IMG/VR virus record: IMGVR_UViG_3300025894_000009 | Source: an uncultured virus (IMG/VR IMGVR_UViG_3300025894_000009) | Taxonomy: Duplodnaviria > Heunggongvirae > Uroviricota > Caudoviricetes | Direction: 5' to 3' (one strand) | Length of the DNA stretch: 64,000 nt | Shown: piece by piece, positions 62,889 through 64,000 of the stretch | Numbering within the stretch: position 1 is the stretch's first letter | Layout of the letters: the number at the start of each line of letters is the position of its first letter | Translations under genes and position numbers: made by a program | The notes under the pieces: generated by a model | Database searches by the model: none | Told to the model about the DNA's origin: nothing | What the model saw: the letters and a program-made list of their open reading frames with translations, nothing else

Positions 62889-63401
62889 TCAGTTTGTACT
62901 GCCTAGACCACCGTCACGATCAGTTTTTTGTTCGGGTTTTGTCTTTGTTTCTGATATAGAATACTTCAGAGTCTTCTGTAGCATTCCTTGAGCGATTCTC
63001 TCCCCGTTCTTTAATAACACCAATGTATCAGATACATTATGAAGAACGACGAATAGCGGATCGACATAGTCGCTATCAATGATACCAGTGCTATTCGCTA
63101 GTGTCAACCCTTTCTTTAGAGCGACAGATGAACGAACATACATTTTAAGGACATGATCCTTCGGAATGTCGAATATCAATCCAGTGGGGATCAATACTCG
63201 TTGTTCTGGTGGAATCTTGATGGCATGGACACCATCGACCCTTTCTTTTGCTACAATCGGTGCTTCTTTATTCCAAGCATTATAACTCTTCAGAAATTCC
63301 ATAGGAGCAAAACATGCCTTGAGATCAAAGCATGCAGACCCTTCGGTTGCAAATTCTGGGAGTTCAGCTAACTCTGTGTGTTTAAAGACTTTCATATTCA
63401 T
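62889..63401 (-). CDS. dut: dUTPase (trimeric type)
   Basis: ATEGSACFDL, LIPTGL, RSS, LANSTGIIDSDY, GERIAQ and RDGGLGST motifs. Confidence 0.92.
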   Translation of the reverse strand: MNMKVFKHTELAELPEFATEGSACFDLKACFAPMEFLKSYNAWNKEAPIVAKERVDGVHAIKIPPEQRVLIPTGLIFDIPKDHVLKMYVRSSVALKKGLTLANSTGIIDSDYVDPLFVVLHNVSDTLVLLKNGERIAQGMLQKTLKYSISETKTKPEQKTDRDGGLGSTN

Positions 63402-63409
63402 AACCTCAT

Positions 63410-63438
63410 ATTATAACATAAGCCGAATGGCTTGTCAA
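63410..63438 (-). promoter_or_regulatory. Perfect sigma70-type (early) promoter upstream of dut
   Basis: TTGACA-17 nt-TATAAT with an extended -10 TG. Confidence 0.8.
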
Positions 63439-63441
63439 CAA

Positions 63442-63849
63442 TTATTTTTTACCAATATTATACTTTACTGTCAAATCCCAATCATTTTTGTCTTTAAATG
63501 ATATAATCTTAATCTGGTTTAAAGGAGCAATAGGGTCAGAGGCTTTTTCTTTTTCTAATACCTTGATCAGTTCCCATTCTTCTAAAAGATTAACGATTGT
63601 GTTCCGGCGGGCCACATCTTCTTCGGTCAACGTATTGTGCTTTCCGTCGAGGATGAATAATTCTTTAAAATGTAAAATTGAATATCTGCCTTTCTTATGC
63701 AGAATATGACAGGACTGATACAGTTTCTTTTCCTTGCGTGAAGAAATGCCTATCCTTGTGAGTGTCTCTCTTACTTTTAAGAAGTTGTCTTGATTCGGCA
63801 ATTCGATTTCAATGCCGACACCTTTAAATAAATTCTCTACAGACTCCAT
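63442..63849 (-). CDS. regA: Translational repressor RegA
   Basis: DNFLKVRETLTRIGISSRKEKKLYQSCHILHKKGRYSILHFKELFILDG..RRNTIVNLLEEW. Confidence 0.95.
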   Translation of the reverse strand: MESVENLFKGVGIEIELPNQDNFLKVRETLTRIGISSRKEKKLYQSCHILHKKGRYSILHFKELFILDGKHNTLTEEDVARRNTIVNLLEEWELIKVLEKEKASDPIAPLNQIKIISFKDKNDWDLTVKYNIGKK

Positions 63850-63917
63850 ACTGCAAAATCACCTTATTATTATATTATCGTGGAAATTAAAAAGTCATTG
63901 ATTGTATTTAGGAGTTA

Positions 63918-64000
63918 TCAATTTCCACCCTTCTCTAGTCTAGAGTGCACCGTTAACATATCGGTTTTAGACAGGGCTTTAAGGTAAAGCTTTGCAATAG
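63918..64000 (-). CDS. gp62: C-terminal fragment of clamp loader small subunit gp62 (5' part outside window)
   Basis: ...IAKLYLKALSKTDMLTVHSRLEKGGN*. KGG C-terminus and canonical gp62-regA gene order. Confidence 0.6.
   Translation of the reverse strand, partial: IAKLYLKALSKTDMLTVHSRLEKGGN

Noticed and set aside
1..64000. Definite cyanophage assignment
   Set aside because: No photosynthesis genes are in the window. The structural gene set is shared with T4-like phages of heterotrophic marine bacteria, and the ROSE-like leader points towards proteobacteria. The host is unresolved.

Overview
64 kb of a large T4-like myovirus genome (marine cyanophage/pelagiphage-type gene set; the host cannot be fixed from this window). 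Positions 1-56.5 kb are a minus-strand late virion module. It holds gp48, a split gp53, a gp27-like hub, gp5, an M15 peptidase, gp25, gp6, gp7, a gp9-like protein, an S8 protease, gp8 and VrlC/DUF4815, followed by very large fibre/structural genes of 455, 4161, 2112, 2305 and >2206 aa. The last of these runs off the left edge and is missing from the ORF track. A divergent plus-strand operon follows (gp4, an inserted secreted protein, gp2, gp54-like, gp26, gp51, gp29-like tape measure), then a minus-strand gp62(partial)-regA-dut-hsp20-peroxiredoxin block. The most striking observation is that the 4161-aa protein carries about 19-20 tandem helical domains whose core motif (KCxRDxGYIxDAxxxDxxYGG) is in register with the bilin-attachment helix of phycobiliproteins, suggesting a chromophore-binding virion protein. 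Other highlights: a probable G/GT-type -1 frameshift between gp26 and gp51, a ROSE-like RNA thermometer upstream of hsp20, type-1 copper-like domains in two virion proteins, and a split gp53. All calls are from reading the sequence by eye; no searches were run.
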